From Desulfurococcales archaeon (GTDB taxonomy: Archaea > Thermoproteota > Thermoprotei_A > Sulfolobales > Desulfurococcaceae): a stretch of DNA of 64,000 nucleotides. Positions 1 to 8,322 of this stretch are shown one piece after another. The notes under the pieces were generated by a model that ran no database searches, had not been told where the DNA came from, and saw nothing but the letters and a program-made list of their open reading frames with translations. The stretch spans positions 96,001-160,000 of the forward strand of contig JALVYU010000007.1 in assembly GCA_027022365.1 (NCBI GenBank). Direction: 5' to 3'. Within the stretch, counting starts at the first letter, position 1. Each line of letters opens with the position of its first letter. Made by a program: the position numbers and the translations under genes.

Positions 1-2
1 AT

Positions 3-329
3 AGACATATCGATGAAGTAATGGGTTTAGTGGCCAATAGAGAGATCGCAAAAGAAGCCATCCCCGAAATACTCTCTTATCTCGCCAAAAATCCTGAAGC
101 AAGTGCACGGGAAGCTGCAAAAGCATTAGGGTTAGCGAGGATCAGTGAGGAAGAACTAGTCAGGATAATTGATGAAGCAATCAAAAACAACTGGGAAAAG
201 ATAAAAGCGAAGCCCCAGAAAGCCTTCAACATAATCATGGGCATAGTCATGGCTAGGGTTCGTGGTAAAGTAGATGGAAGGACAGTCGCTAAACTGGTGA
301 GGGACAAGCTTAATTCTGTCCTGGGATAA
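3..329 (+). CDS. gatE: Glu-tRNA(Gln) amidotransferase subunit E, C-terminal part (5' truncated by window)
   Basis: Frame is open from position 3. YqeY-like tail 'IAKEAIPEIL...IMGIVMARVRGKVDG' is typical of GatE. Confidence 0.85.
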   Translation, partial: RHIDEVMGLVANREIAKEAIPEILSYLAKNPEASAREAAKALGLARISEEELVRIIDEAIKNNWEKIKAKPQKAFNIIMGIVMARVRGKVDGRTVAKLVRDKLNSVLG

Positions 330-339
330 CTTTTTTCAA

Positions 340-395
340 GGCGATGAAGAGTACTCCCGACAATGAAGGATGATTAGAAGGCATTTGTCGGAGCC
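340..395 (+). ncRNA. Candidate box C/D sRNA
   Basis: C GATGAAGA 343-350, 12-nt guide, D' ATGA, C' ATGATTA, 12-nt guide, D-like CGGA 389-392, terminal GGC/GCC stem. Confidence 0.55.
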
Positions 396-404
396 CCATT
401 TAAC

Positions 405-461
405 GATGATGAATATCCCCAGTATGACCGTTAGTGAATGATATGAACACGAGCGTGCTGA
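405..461 (+). ncRNA. Candidate box C/D sRNA
   Basis: C GATGATGA 405-412, guide ATATCCCCAGT, D' ATGA, C'-like element, guide, D CTGA 458-461. Confidence 0.65.
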
Positions 462-549
462 GTATTAAATACTCTTCTAAATCATAGATTATTCTTGGAT
501 GTTGAGTTTTGGCCGCTGCCGAGCCTATAGCTTGGGGGCTGTGAGGAAA

Positions 550-927
550 ATGGTAGCCGCTGAACATGATAAGCTTAGTAGAGCCTTGGGTAAACTCCTT
601 GAAAGCAGAGGTTACAGGGTAAGAATACAGAGTGTTACCGAAATGAACCTCATGGGTGAAAAGAACAGGCTCTATGTTATTCATGCGGTGTCAAGTGATG
701 AAAGAAACATAGTGACAATAAGAATACATGAGAACAATATAAATAGGTTAAGGGTTTCTCTGCGTAGACGTAATGAGGGGCTAAGACATACCCTAGCCGA
801 TAAGCTCGAGGAGGCAGGATTCAGAGTTACGGTAACCGAGGAGGAGGTTTCGGGTAGTGTAACTGGTTGTGGAGAGCACCTAATAGATAAAATGAGGAAT
901 GCACTTAACATAATCGAAAGGTCTTAG
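550..927 (+). CDS. Hypothetical protein
   Basis: ORF 499-927. ATG at 550 follows SD-like GTGAGG. No family recognised. Confidence 0.6.
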   Translation: MVAAEHDKLSRALGKLLESRGYRVRIQSVTEMNLMGEKNRLYVIHAVSSDERNIVTIRIHENNINRLRVSLRRRNEGLRHTLADKLEEAGFRVTVTEEEVSGSVTGCGEHLIDKMRNALNIIERS

Positions 928-930
928 CAT

Positions 931-1818
931 ATGCTTCCTGAACAGAAAGAGCTCCTCGAGCTAATAGTTGAAAAACTAAACAGTGGAAGCACCCAGGCAG
1001 AGATCGCTTCTCAGTTCGGCGTCTCTAAGGTAAAGATCTCGAGGATAGTTAATGCAGGGCTTAAAGAAGGAATCTTCCATAGAACATTCGGTGTTTATAC
1101 ACATTGCTTATTGAAGCCGTCATGGATAATGATCTCCACGGTGAGAACTGGAACTATCAATGTTAATGAAATCACGCCTAAACCGGACCTTATCTACATG
1201 TCAATATTCCCTGTACCAACCTTTTTCATGTACTTTTTCAGAACATTAGAGCCCAAGATCCATACTGGCAGTGTTAAAGTCATTGAATTAAGCAAAATAG
1301 TTGAATCCTTAATAGTTTATGAGCTTACATTTTCGAGACGATTAAGGCTCGATGTATGTGAAAAATGTACTGTTTATGACGATATAGATGAACTCCTTGC
1401 TATAACGATTTTGAAGGATATACATTTTTCCAAATATGATATTGATCTGTATACCTTATGGAAAAAAGTGGGTTTAACAAATATTCATAGTGTAAAATAT
1501 CACTACTATAACCATCTGCTCAATAATCTCGTCTATAAACGATACATTATACGGCCTCGAAACTCTATGCGCGCAATACTGAAAGTCTCATCGCCGTCAA
1601 TGGCTAAAGCTGTATCTTTTATACTCAAACTTTACCATGAAAAAATACTCGTTGGAGTAGATATTTTTGACATAGTATATCATGATCCATTTAGGGCATA
1701 TCTGGTTGCGTGGATAGATCCTATATGTGCTTGGGAAAAACTCTACTCGATCGATCCGCCGAGCCATGTTAAAGTTGAAATATTTCCTGCTAAACTAGTT
1801 TATCCAGTTCAAGAATAA
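931..1818 (+). CDS. HTH transcriptional regulator (tandem wHTH, crenarchaeal Lrp/AsnC-like)
   Basis: N-terminal HTH 'QAEIASQFGVSKVKISRIV'; second HTH-like segment ending 'VKYHYYNHL'. Confidence 0.6.
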   Translation: MLPEQKELLELIVEKLNSGSTQAEIASQFGVSKVKISRIVNAGLKEGIFHRTFGVYTHCLLKPSWIMISTVRTGTINVNEITPKPDLIYMSIFPVPTFFMYFFRTLEPKIHTGSVKVIELSKIVESLIVYELTFSRRLRLDVCEKCTVYDDIDELLAITILKDIHFSKYDIDLYTLWKKVGLTNIHSVKYHYYNHLLNNLVYKRYIIRPRNSMRAILKVSSPSMAKAVSFILKLYHEKILVGVDIFDIVYHDPFRAYLVAWIDPICAWEKLYSIDPPSHVKVEIFPAKLVYPVQE

Positions 1819-1838
1819 TTTCCAAAAACAGTACGTGG

Positions 1839-2777
1839 ATGGTGCTCGTATTGGAAGAAATAGAGTTCAGCAGTCTAGTAATAAACACTATGTCCGATTT
1901 CAAGGAAATAATTAACTTAATCATAGATGTTGCAGATAAGATCGATAAAACATATAGTGGATTAGTATATCGTCCTCCAGGCCTTATTGAAATAACCGAT
2001 TATGAAGAACTATATGTGATCGGCGACCTTCACGGCGATTTCGGGACTCTTCTGGACATTCTATCCTCAGAAGAGCTCCTTGATAGACTAGAACATGATA
2101 ACGTTAAGATTATCTTTCTCGGCGACTATGTTGATAGAGGAGATCAGCAGTTAGAAGTGCTAACAGCAGTGCTTTATCTAAAATTACTGCATCCCGAGAA
2201 AATTGTGGCCTTGCGGGGCAATCACGAAGCGCCACCCCTACTATTGCCATATCCCCATGATTTCTCATCGATTCTGAGAGGCGTATATGGAACAGAAAAG
2301 GGAATATTGATATACAGATTATTCTTTAGGCTTTTCCAAAGACTCCCTGTAATAGCAAGGATTCCGGGAAAAATATTGTTTCTGCATGGAGGCCCGCCAT
2401 CCACTGTTCTTGAAGCGTATAGCTTTGAAGAGGCATTCTCGGTTGGTGTTCCTAGTATTGATGACAATACCCTTGAGGAGATCCTATGGAACGATCCCGT
2501 TGAATCCGATATCACGGTTCAGGAATCACCACGTGGGGCAGGATACATGTTTGGGAAGAAGATCACGGAGAAAACGTTAGAATTATCCGGTACGAGTTAC
2601 ATTGTTCGGGCGCACGAACCATCTTATTATGGTTATAAGATAAATCATGATGGAAAGGTCATTACATTATTTGATGCTAAGATACCAGCTTATGGTATTT
2701 TAAGTGCTGCATACCTGAGGATCAGTAGGGATGCGGATTTAGAGAAAGGGCTTGAAAACTACATCGTTACTATATAA
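1839..2777 (+). CDS. Ser/Thr protein phosphatase, PPP family
   Basis: GDLHG, GDYVDRG, RGNHE, HGG, LWNDP, SPRGAG and RAHE motifs. Confidence 0.92.
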   Translation: MVLVLEEIEFSSLVINTMSDFKEIINLIIDVADKIDKTYSGLVYRPPGLIEITDYEELYVIGDLHGDFGTLLDILSSEELLDRLEHDNVKIIFLGDYVDRGDQQLEVLTAVLYLKLLHPEKIVALRGNHEAPPLLLPYPHDFSSILRGVYGTEKGILIYRLFFRLFQRLPVIARIPGKILFLHGGPPSTVLEAYSFEEAFSVGVPSIDDNTLEEILWNDPVESDITVQESPRGAGYMFGKKITEKTLELSGTSYIVRAHEPSYYGYKINHDGKVITLFDAKIPAYGILSAAYLRISRDADLEKGLENYIVTI

Positions 2778-3078
2778 CCCAGAAAATCCTTGATCCTTTT
2801 AGCTCGAGCGTTAAAATACCATTCTTTAATGTTTTCTTTATCTTAGTGATCTTAAACCATAATTTATACGACATACTATAGATCTCTCCATTATAATCAG
2901 AAGCATATACATAAATGTATTTACCATCCGTTTTCACTGTAATATTCTCTGGATCAAAACCCTCGACAAACACAATTATTTTAGCCGAGTGAAACCTCTT
3001 CTCTACAATCTCGAAACGTAGCCTATTAGACCATTTAATAATAGGTGAGAGACTCTCCACCGAAACTATCGCCCCCAC
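2770..3078 (-). CDS. Small Hsp20/alpha-crystallin-like protein
   Basis: 'GFDPENITV' and 'LKNGILTLEL' match the ACD signature. Confidence 0.55.
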   Translation of the reverse strand: MGAIVSVESLSPIIKWSNRLRFEIVEKRFHSAKIIVFVEGFDPENITVKTDGKYIYVYASDYNGEIYSMSYKLWFKITKIKKTLKNGILTLELKGSRIFWVI

Positions 3079-3210
3079 TATATTATGTTAGTATAATAAT
3101 CCCCTAAAACTATTTCATAGTTCAAAAAACTCAGTTAATCTACAAACTCTTTAAATAGGAGACCAATTTATAAGGACGCTAAAACTTACAGTGGTCAGCG
3201 AGAGTAAAAG

Positions 3211-3510
3211 GTGTTTGGAGTGGATGCGGAAATAGCTTTGCTCGAATATCTGGTTGATCTAGCCGAGCAATATCTTGGCGATATAATTGAGGAGGTTATC
3301 GAAAAATACTATTCAGATAAGATAGACCTATCTGAGAGGTACGTGGACGTCCTCGAATTTATTACGGAAAAAATCATCGATGATAGTCTAAATGGTGACG
3401 AAAACCCGGAAAGATTTAAGAAGATTGTGAGAAAACTGGCCGCCAGACCTTACATTGCTAAAATGCTGATTAGTTATTTAATATCAGAATATATCGAGAA
3501 CTATGACTAG
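3211..3510 (+). CDS. Hypothetical acidic protein
   Basis: 99-aa ORF with TATA-like TTTATAA upstream. Confidence 0.6.
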   Translation: MFGVDAEIALLEYLVDLAEQYLGDIIEEVIEKYYSDKIDLSERYVDVLEFITEKIIDDSLNGDENPERFKKIVRKLAARPYIAKMLISYLISEYIENYD

Positions 3511-3611
3511 ATAGTTTATGGAATCATTAGATACGAACATTACCCGCTTTATTCTTTCCCCATCTTTATTATCTGTTTTCAGCGGGGTGAGCCATAGTTC
3601 GAAAAGCAGAA

Positions 3612-4361
3612 GTGAAGAAGAAAAGAACTCGCAGGAGAAAGAAGAAAAAGCTCGATATAGACGCGTATGCAGAGGCTATTTTCAAAGACATAGCAGAGTA
3701 CCTAGGACTAGATACTCTGGATATAGATGAAAAGATACAGCACGAAATAGTCAAAGAGGTTATGCATACGATTATCACTAGTTTGAGCTATAAGCCTAAG
3801 ATAGATGCATTGATCAAAAGGATCAATAGACACAGACGGATAATTAACATGATCATTGCTGTTAAAATGCTAGAATCAATACGTAGTCCAACTCCTGACC
3901 AATTAGAATTTATAGTTACTCATGGGGACAGGGCCCTCATTCCAGAGATACCACGTCTATATAGGTTAGCCAAGGATATGAACAGGGAAGACTTGATAAT
4001 AATGTTGAAGAGCCTATGGGAGAAATACGGGCGCCCATCTCCCATAGAGTGCCCGAAATGCGGGTTCAGAGCGATTATGCCGGACCTTACATGTTATGTT
4101 TGTGGCAACATAGTATCTGAAAAATATATCAGAGAGAAACTTAGTTTTGAGGAAAAATTTGAAGAATATGTGAAAAATGCTAGCCTGGCCGAACTAAATG
4201 ATGTAATGAACCTAGGTTTTGTTCTATTGAGTGAAATCGATATTAAAAGTCCCAGATACAGAATAGAGGCTTGGAAGCAGATTTATTATCCAATAAATCT
4301 GCGTCAATCCGACATCGAGAAAATAGTCGAAGAAATGAGAAAGAGGAAACAAGAATATTAA
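3612..4361 (+). CDS. Conserved crenarchaeal Zn-ribbon protein
   Basis: CPKCG...CYVCG and a very basic N-terminus. Confidence 0.7.
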   Translation: MKKKRTRRRKKKKLDIDAYAEAIFKDIAEYLGLDTLDIDEKIQHEIVKEVMHTIITSLSYKPKIDALIKRINRHRRIINMIIAVKMLESIRSPTPDQLEFIVTHGDRALIPEIPRLYRLAKDMNREDLIIMLKSLWEKYGRPSPIECPKCGFRAIMPDLTCYVCGNIVSEKYIREKLSFEEKFEEYVKNASLAELNDVMNLGFVLLSEIDIKSPRYRIEAWKQIYYPINLRQSDIEKIVEEMRKRKQEY

Positions 4362-4395
4362 GGCCGTAGGTGACACACTCAACAGGTGTACGGTA

Positions 4396-4746
4396 TTGAT
4401 AGAGATAAACGCAAGAGATGATTTTGTTAGAGCAATTAAGGCTAATCGAGTAGTGATCGTTGAGTATTTTGACCCAGACAATGAGGATTCAAAAAAGTTT
4501 TACCCGACAATGAAAGATGTTGAAAAACATGTTGATCCGTCAATACTTGTCCTCAGAATCAATATTAAGAAAGCACCAGAATTATCTAATGGTATTCATA
4601 CACTTCCTTGCATAAGAGTCTTCCTAGACGGGAAAATAGTGTTTGAACAACAGGGTGTATTCGGAAGAAGAGAACTTGATCTAATGGTGTTGAGAAGAGG
4701 TATTAGAAGCGTTCTCAGGAGCAAGAATGTTTTGTTAAAAATTTAG
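4396..4746 (+). CDS. Thioredoxin-fold protein lacking CxxC
   Basis: Trx pattern 'VVIVEYF...LRINI...GIHTLP..VFLDGK...G'. Active-site position reads DNEDSK. Confidence 0.7.
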   Translation: MIEINARDDFVRAIKANRVVIVEYFDPDNEDSKKFYPTMKDVEKHVDPSILVLRINIKKAPELSNGIHTLPCIRVFLDGKIVFEQQGVFGRRELDLMVLRRGIRSVLRSKNVLLKI

Positions 4747-5084
4747 ACTTCTAGTTTCTCGAATTTATCCTCCCTGAATAATCTGCGAGAGAGATCTAGT
4801 GCTTCCTTTATATCATTGGGCGATTCTGCGTTCTCAAGTATTCCGAACAACTCCATTACGTAGAGATTTATTTCTCCGCCCACATCTACAATTGCATCCC
4901 TTATTTTCATGGCTATATCTCTCAATTCATTTAGTTCTAGTTTACCCGTGTTTGCTAGGTGTGCTAATAGCTCACCCACTAGTGCTAGGAATCTATTTGC
5001 GTTATATATATCGAGGTCTTCATCGAAATATTTCCTGTAGATGTCCAGTATGGTGTCCAGCTCAATCCTAATCATTTGTGACAC
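4743..5084 (-). CDS. Hypothetical protein
   Basis: 113-aa helical ORF filling the gap. Confidence 0.65.
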   Translation of the reverse strand: MSQMIRIELDTILDIYRKYFDEDLDIYNANRFLALVGELLAHLANTGKLELNELRDIAMKIRDAIVDVGGEINLYVMELFGILENAESPNDIKEALDLSRRLFREDKFEKLEV

Positions 5085-5143
5085 CCGTGATCGATTTTCC
5101 CATTTTCGCCTATTTACGTGATCTAAATATTAGAGATTCCCAA

Positions 5144-5157
5144 GTAAAATTTATATA
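5144..5157 (+). promoter_or_regulatory. BRE/TATA promoter of the thermosome gene
   Basis: Purine-rich element followed by TTTATATA (5150-5157); SD GAGGTG before the start codon. Confidence 0.6.
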
Positions 5158-5216
5158 GAAGCGGTTCCCTCAATACTCAAGGGAAATGTATCTAGAGAAC
5201 CTGACGTGAGAGGTGC

Positions 5217-6869
5217 ATGAGCATGAGCCTTTATGGAATGCCTGTACTTATCCTCAAAGAAGGAGCCCAGCGAACCACCGGCCGTGAAGCTCTCAGAGCA
5301 AACATCATGGCAGCACAAGCACTAGCAGAAGTCCTGAGAACGAGCCTAGGACCACGCGGACTAGACAAGATGCTAGTAGACAGCTTCGGCGACATAACAG
5401 TAACTAATGACGGTGCAACAATTGTTAAGGAGATGGAAGTCCAGCACCCGGCCGCCAAGCTACTTGTTGAAGTGGCGAAGGCCCAGGATGCCGAGGTTGG
5501 AGATGGTACGACCACAGCAGTAGTATTTGCGGGTGCTCTTCTAGGTAAGGCATTGGAGCTTCTGGACCAGAACATACACCCGACCCTTGTAATCGAGGGC
5601 TATATCAAGGCGATGAAGGAAGCACTAAAGATAATCGATGAGTTAGCTATCAAGGTAAACCCGAAGGACAGGGCAACGCTGAGGAAGATCGTAGACACTG
5701 CTGTGTCGAGCAAATATATTGGTAAGGGAAGCATTGAGGAGAAACTAGCCAACATGGCTATCGACGCGGCCCTAACAGTCGCGGAGGAACAGCCCGACGG
5801 AACATTAAAGTTCAGGATTGACGATGTAAAGATCGAGAAGAAGAAGGGAGGAAGCATCCTAGACTCAAAATTAATTTACGGCATCGTACTTGACAAGGAA
5901 GTAGTTCATCCAGGCATGCCGAAAAGAGTTGAAAACGCCAAGATCGCGCTTCTAGACGCGCCTCTCGAAGTGGAGAAGCCCGAGATAACAGCAAAGATAA
6001 ACATTACTAGTCCAGAGCTGATAAAGGCCTTCCTCGACGAGGAGGCGAAGATGCTGAAGGATATGGTTGAGAAGATTGCTTCGACTGGTGCTAATGTTGT
6101 GATTTGTCAGAAGGGTATTGATGAGGTTGCCCAGCACTTCCTCGCCAAGAAAGGAATACTAGCAGTAAGAAGAGTAAAGAGAAGCGACATGGAAAAACTA
6201 GAAAGAGCAACAGGAGGAAGAATAGTAAGCAGTGTCAGAGACCTAACACCCGAGGATCTAGGAGAGGCAGAACTAGTTGAGGAGCGCCGCGTAGGAAACG
6301 ACAAGATGGTGTTCATTGAGGGATGCAAGAACCCCAAGGCGGTGACGATCCTTATCCGCGGAGCAAACGACATGATTCTTGACGAGGTAGAGAGAAGCCT
6401 CAAGGACGCGCTAAATGTCCTCAGGAACGTAATGAGAGAGCCTAAGATACTACCTGGTGGCGGCGCTGTAGAAGTAGAACTAGCGCTTAAGCTAAGGGAC
6501 TTCGCAGCAAAAATCGGTGGTAAGGAGCAATTAGCAATTGAAGCGTTCGCCGCAGCACTCGAAGAGATACCGATGATCCTAGCAGAAACTGCAGGACTAG
6601 ACCCGCTTGAGGCACTCATGAAGCTCAGACAGCTACACAGCGAGGGCAAGGTATATGCTGGTATCGATGTGATTAACGGCAGAATAGTCGAGGACATAAC
6701 GCAGATCAATGTAGTGGAGCCCTCTATAGTTAAGAAGAATGTGATAAAGAGTGCGACCGAGGCAGCGACGACGATCCTCAAGATCGATGATATAATCGCG
6801 GCGAGTCCGCTAAAGAAGGAAGAGAAGGAGAAAGGTAAGGGCGGTGCTGGAAAATTTAGCTTCAAGTAA
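5217..6869 (+). CDS. ths: Thermosome (group II chaperonin) subunit
   Basis: [17 protein letters not shown] and GDGTTT motifs. Confidence 0.97.
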   Translation: MSMSLYGMPVLILKEGAQRTTGREALRANIMAAQALAEVLRTSLGPRGLDKMLVDSFGDITVTNDGATIVKEMEVQHPAAKLLVEVAKAQDAEVGDGTTTAVVFAGALLGKALELLDQNIHPTLVIEGYIKAMKEALKIIDELAIKVNPKDRATLRKIVDTAVSSKYIGKGSIEEKLANMAIDAALTVAEEQPDGTLKFRIDDVKIEKKKGGSILDSKLIYGIVLDKEVVHPGMPKRVENAKIALLDAPLEVEKPEITAKINITSPELIKAFLDEEAKMLKDMVEKIASTGANVVICQKGIDEVAQHFLAKKGILAVRRVKRSDMEKLERATGGRIVSSVRDLTPEDLGEAELVEERRVGNDKMVFIEGCKNPKAVTILIRGANDMILDEVERSLKDALNVLRNVMREPKILPGGGAVEVELALKLRDFAAKIGGKEQLAIEAFAAALEEIPMILAETAGLDPLEALMKLRQLHSEGKVYAGIDVINGRIVEDITQINVVEPSIVKKNVIKSATEAATTILKIDDIIAASPLKKEEKEKGKGGAGKFSFK

Positions 6870-6881
6870 GGGAAACACCTA

Positions 6882-6900
6882 TTTTTAGAGCAACTTTTTT
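6882..6900 (+). terminator. Oligo-T terminator after thermosome gene
   Basis: TTTTT and TTTTTT tracts just after the stop. Confidence 0.45.
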
Positions 6901-6980
6901 AAAAGACCTATATCATCCCTATTGTCTAGACTTAAAAATGCTTTCTACATGTTATCGAATTAGTTGATGGGCTGATAGGT

Positions 6981-7292
6981 ATGAATAATGGTGAGCAAAA
7001 CATTTGGCCTAAACGTTTAACTCGATATGAGATCGCTAGATTGATCGGTGCTAGGTCTCTACAGTTATCTCTTGGCGCCCCGCCTCTGATTGATCCAAAT
7101 GAAGCCCCCGTTAAGGATCCTGTTGCAATAGCAATAGTAGAATTATTAAGAGGCCTATTACCCATGACTATTCTCAGGATGAGGCCTGATGGAAGCAAGC
7201 AAGCAATCCCAGCAACTAAGCTCCTCGACGAGATTAATAGAAGATATCTTGAAACCACTCTTAAGAGCTGGACTCTCCATAGAATTTATTAA
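6981..7292 (+). CDS. rpoK: RNA polymerase subunit K (Rpo6)
   Basis: 'LTRYEIARLIGARSLQLSLGAPPL' motif. Confidence 0.95.
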   Translation: MNNGEQNIWPKRLTRYEIARLIGARSLQLSLGAPPLIDPNEAPVKDPVAIAIVELLRGLLPMTILRMRPDGSKQAIPATKLLDEINRRYLETTLKSWTLHRIY

Positions 7293-8313
7293 TGAACAAA
7301 CTATCAGGGGTACACGGGTTATAGATGTATATGTCAACAGGAATTTAGATGAAGACGAATTTAACAAGATTTATCGCGTCTATGTATCAAAATACGACTA
7401 CATGCCTATCCAGATAAAATACGATCAACCAATGATACGTCTCCTAAAAATCAACAAGAGAAAGAGAAGGATAGTCCAGTTGTTTCTCCTATTAGTAACC
7501 TCTATCACTGTTTTCCTGACAGGCCTGGCATTATCAGAAAGTATATTTGATGCTGCAGTCTATACAGCATGTTTCTTAGGCGCACTCGCACTTCACGAGA
7601 TGGGACATATGATTGCTAGCAGGAGATACGAGGTAATTATTGACGGTCCTTTCTTCATACCGGCTCCCCCAGCCCAGCTAGGATTTATCGGAACCCTTGG
7701 AGCAGTTATTTCAATGAAAACACTTCCGCCTAACAGAAAAAGCTTAGCTGTTATTGGAATAGCAGGCCCGATCTTCGGATTTATAGCGGCGACAATAATT
7801 GGAGGAATAGGGGTTTACCTATCTCAGCTAATAACAGTCGAGCATGCGGCGAAGCTCATACAGGCAAGACAAGCGGCTGAGCTCTCATTCATGCCATTAA
7901 TGCTTCAAATATTAATAGCACTGAGAGGAGTACCTCAGGGATACACTATAATGCTTCACCCGCTGGCCTTTGCTTCCTTTATATTGTTTATTGTAACTTT
8001 TCTCAACCTACTACCTATAGGGCAACTGGATGGAGGCCATGTAATTAGGTCTCTAACGAGTCCACGTACACATAATATGATCTCTTATCTGGTAATAATA
8101 GGCGTACTACTAATTGGGGCAGTATTGATAGAAATGGGCTACACGTCTTTAGGATACTATTATACGTTCCTAGGTTTTATACTGATCCTGTTTAAACTAG
8201 TATTTGGCAGGGGCATTCATCCGGGCCCAGCAAACCAGCTATCATCTAAGAAGCCGTGGTGGATACTACCATTATATCTAGCTATATTAGTATTATCAAT
8301 GCCCGTAGTGTAA
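7189..8313 (+). CDS. Site-2 protease (M50) membrane metalloprotease
   Basis: HEMGH, IAGP and NLLPIGQLDGGH motifs; multiple TM segments. Start is uncertain. Confidence 0.9.
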   Translation: MEASKQSQQLSSSTRLIEDILKPLLRAGLSIEFINEQTIRGTRVIDVYVNRNLDEDEFNKIYRVYVSKYDYMPIQIKYDQPMIRLLKINKRKRRIVQLFLLLVTSITVFLTGLALSESIFDAAVYTACFLGALALHEMGHMIASRRYEVIIDGPFFIPAPPAQLGFIGTLGAVISMKTLPPNRKSLAVIGIAGPIFGFIAATIIGGIGVYLSQLITVEHAAKLIQARQAAELSFMPLMLQILIALRGVPQGYTIMLHPLAFASFILFIVTFLNLLPIGQLDGGHVIRSLTSPRTHNMISYLVIIGVLLIGAVLIEMGYTSLGYYYTFLGFILILFKLVFGRGIHPGPANQLSSKKPWWILPLYLAILVLSMPVV

Positions 8314-8322
8314 GGGATAGAT

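Noticed and set aside
400-684. Short ORFs overlapping predicted sRNAs (also 56650-56871 and 57225-57431)
   Set aside because: Better explained by the C/D sRNAs or genes on the opposite strand.
6107-6865. 252-aa antisense ORF inside the thermosome gene
   Set aside because: Ser-rich shadow frame of a conserved gene with no motifs.
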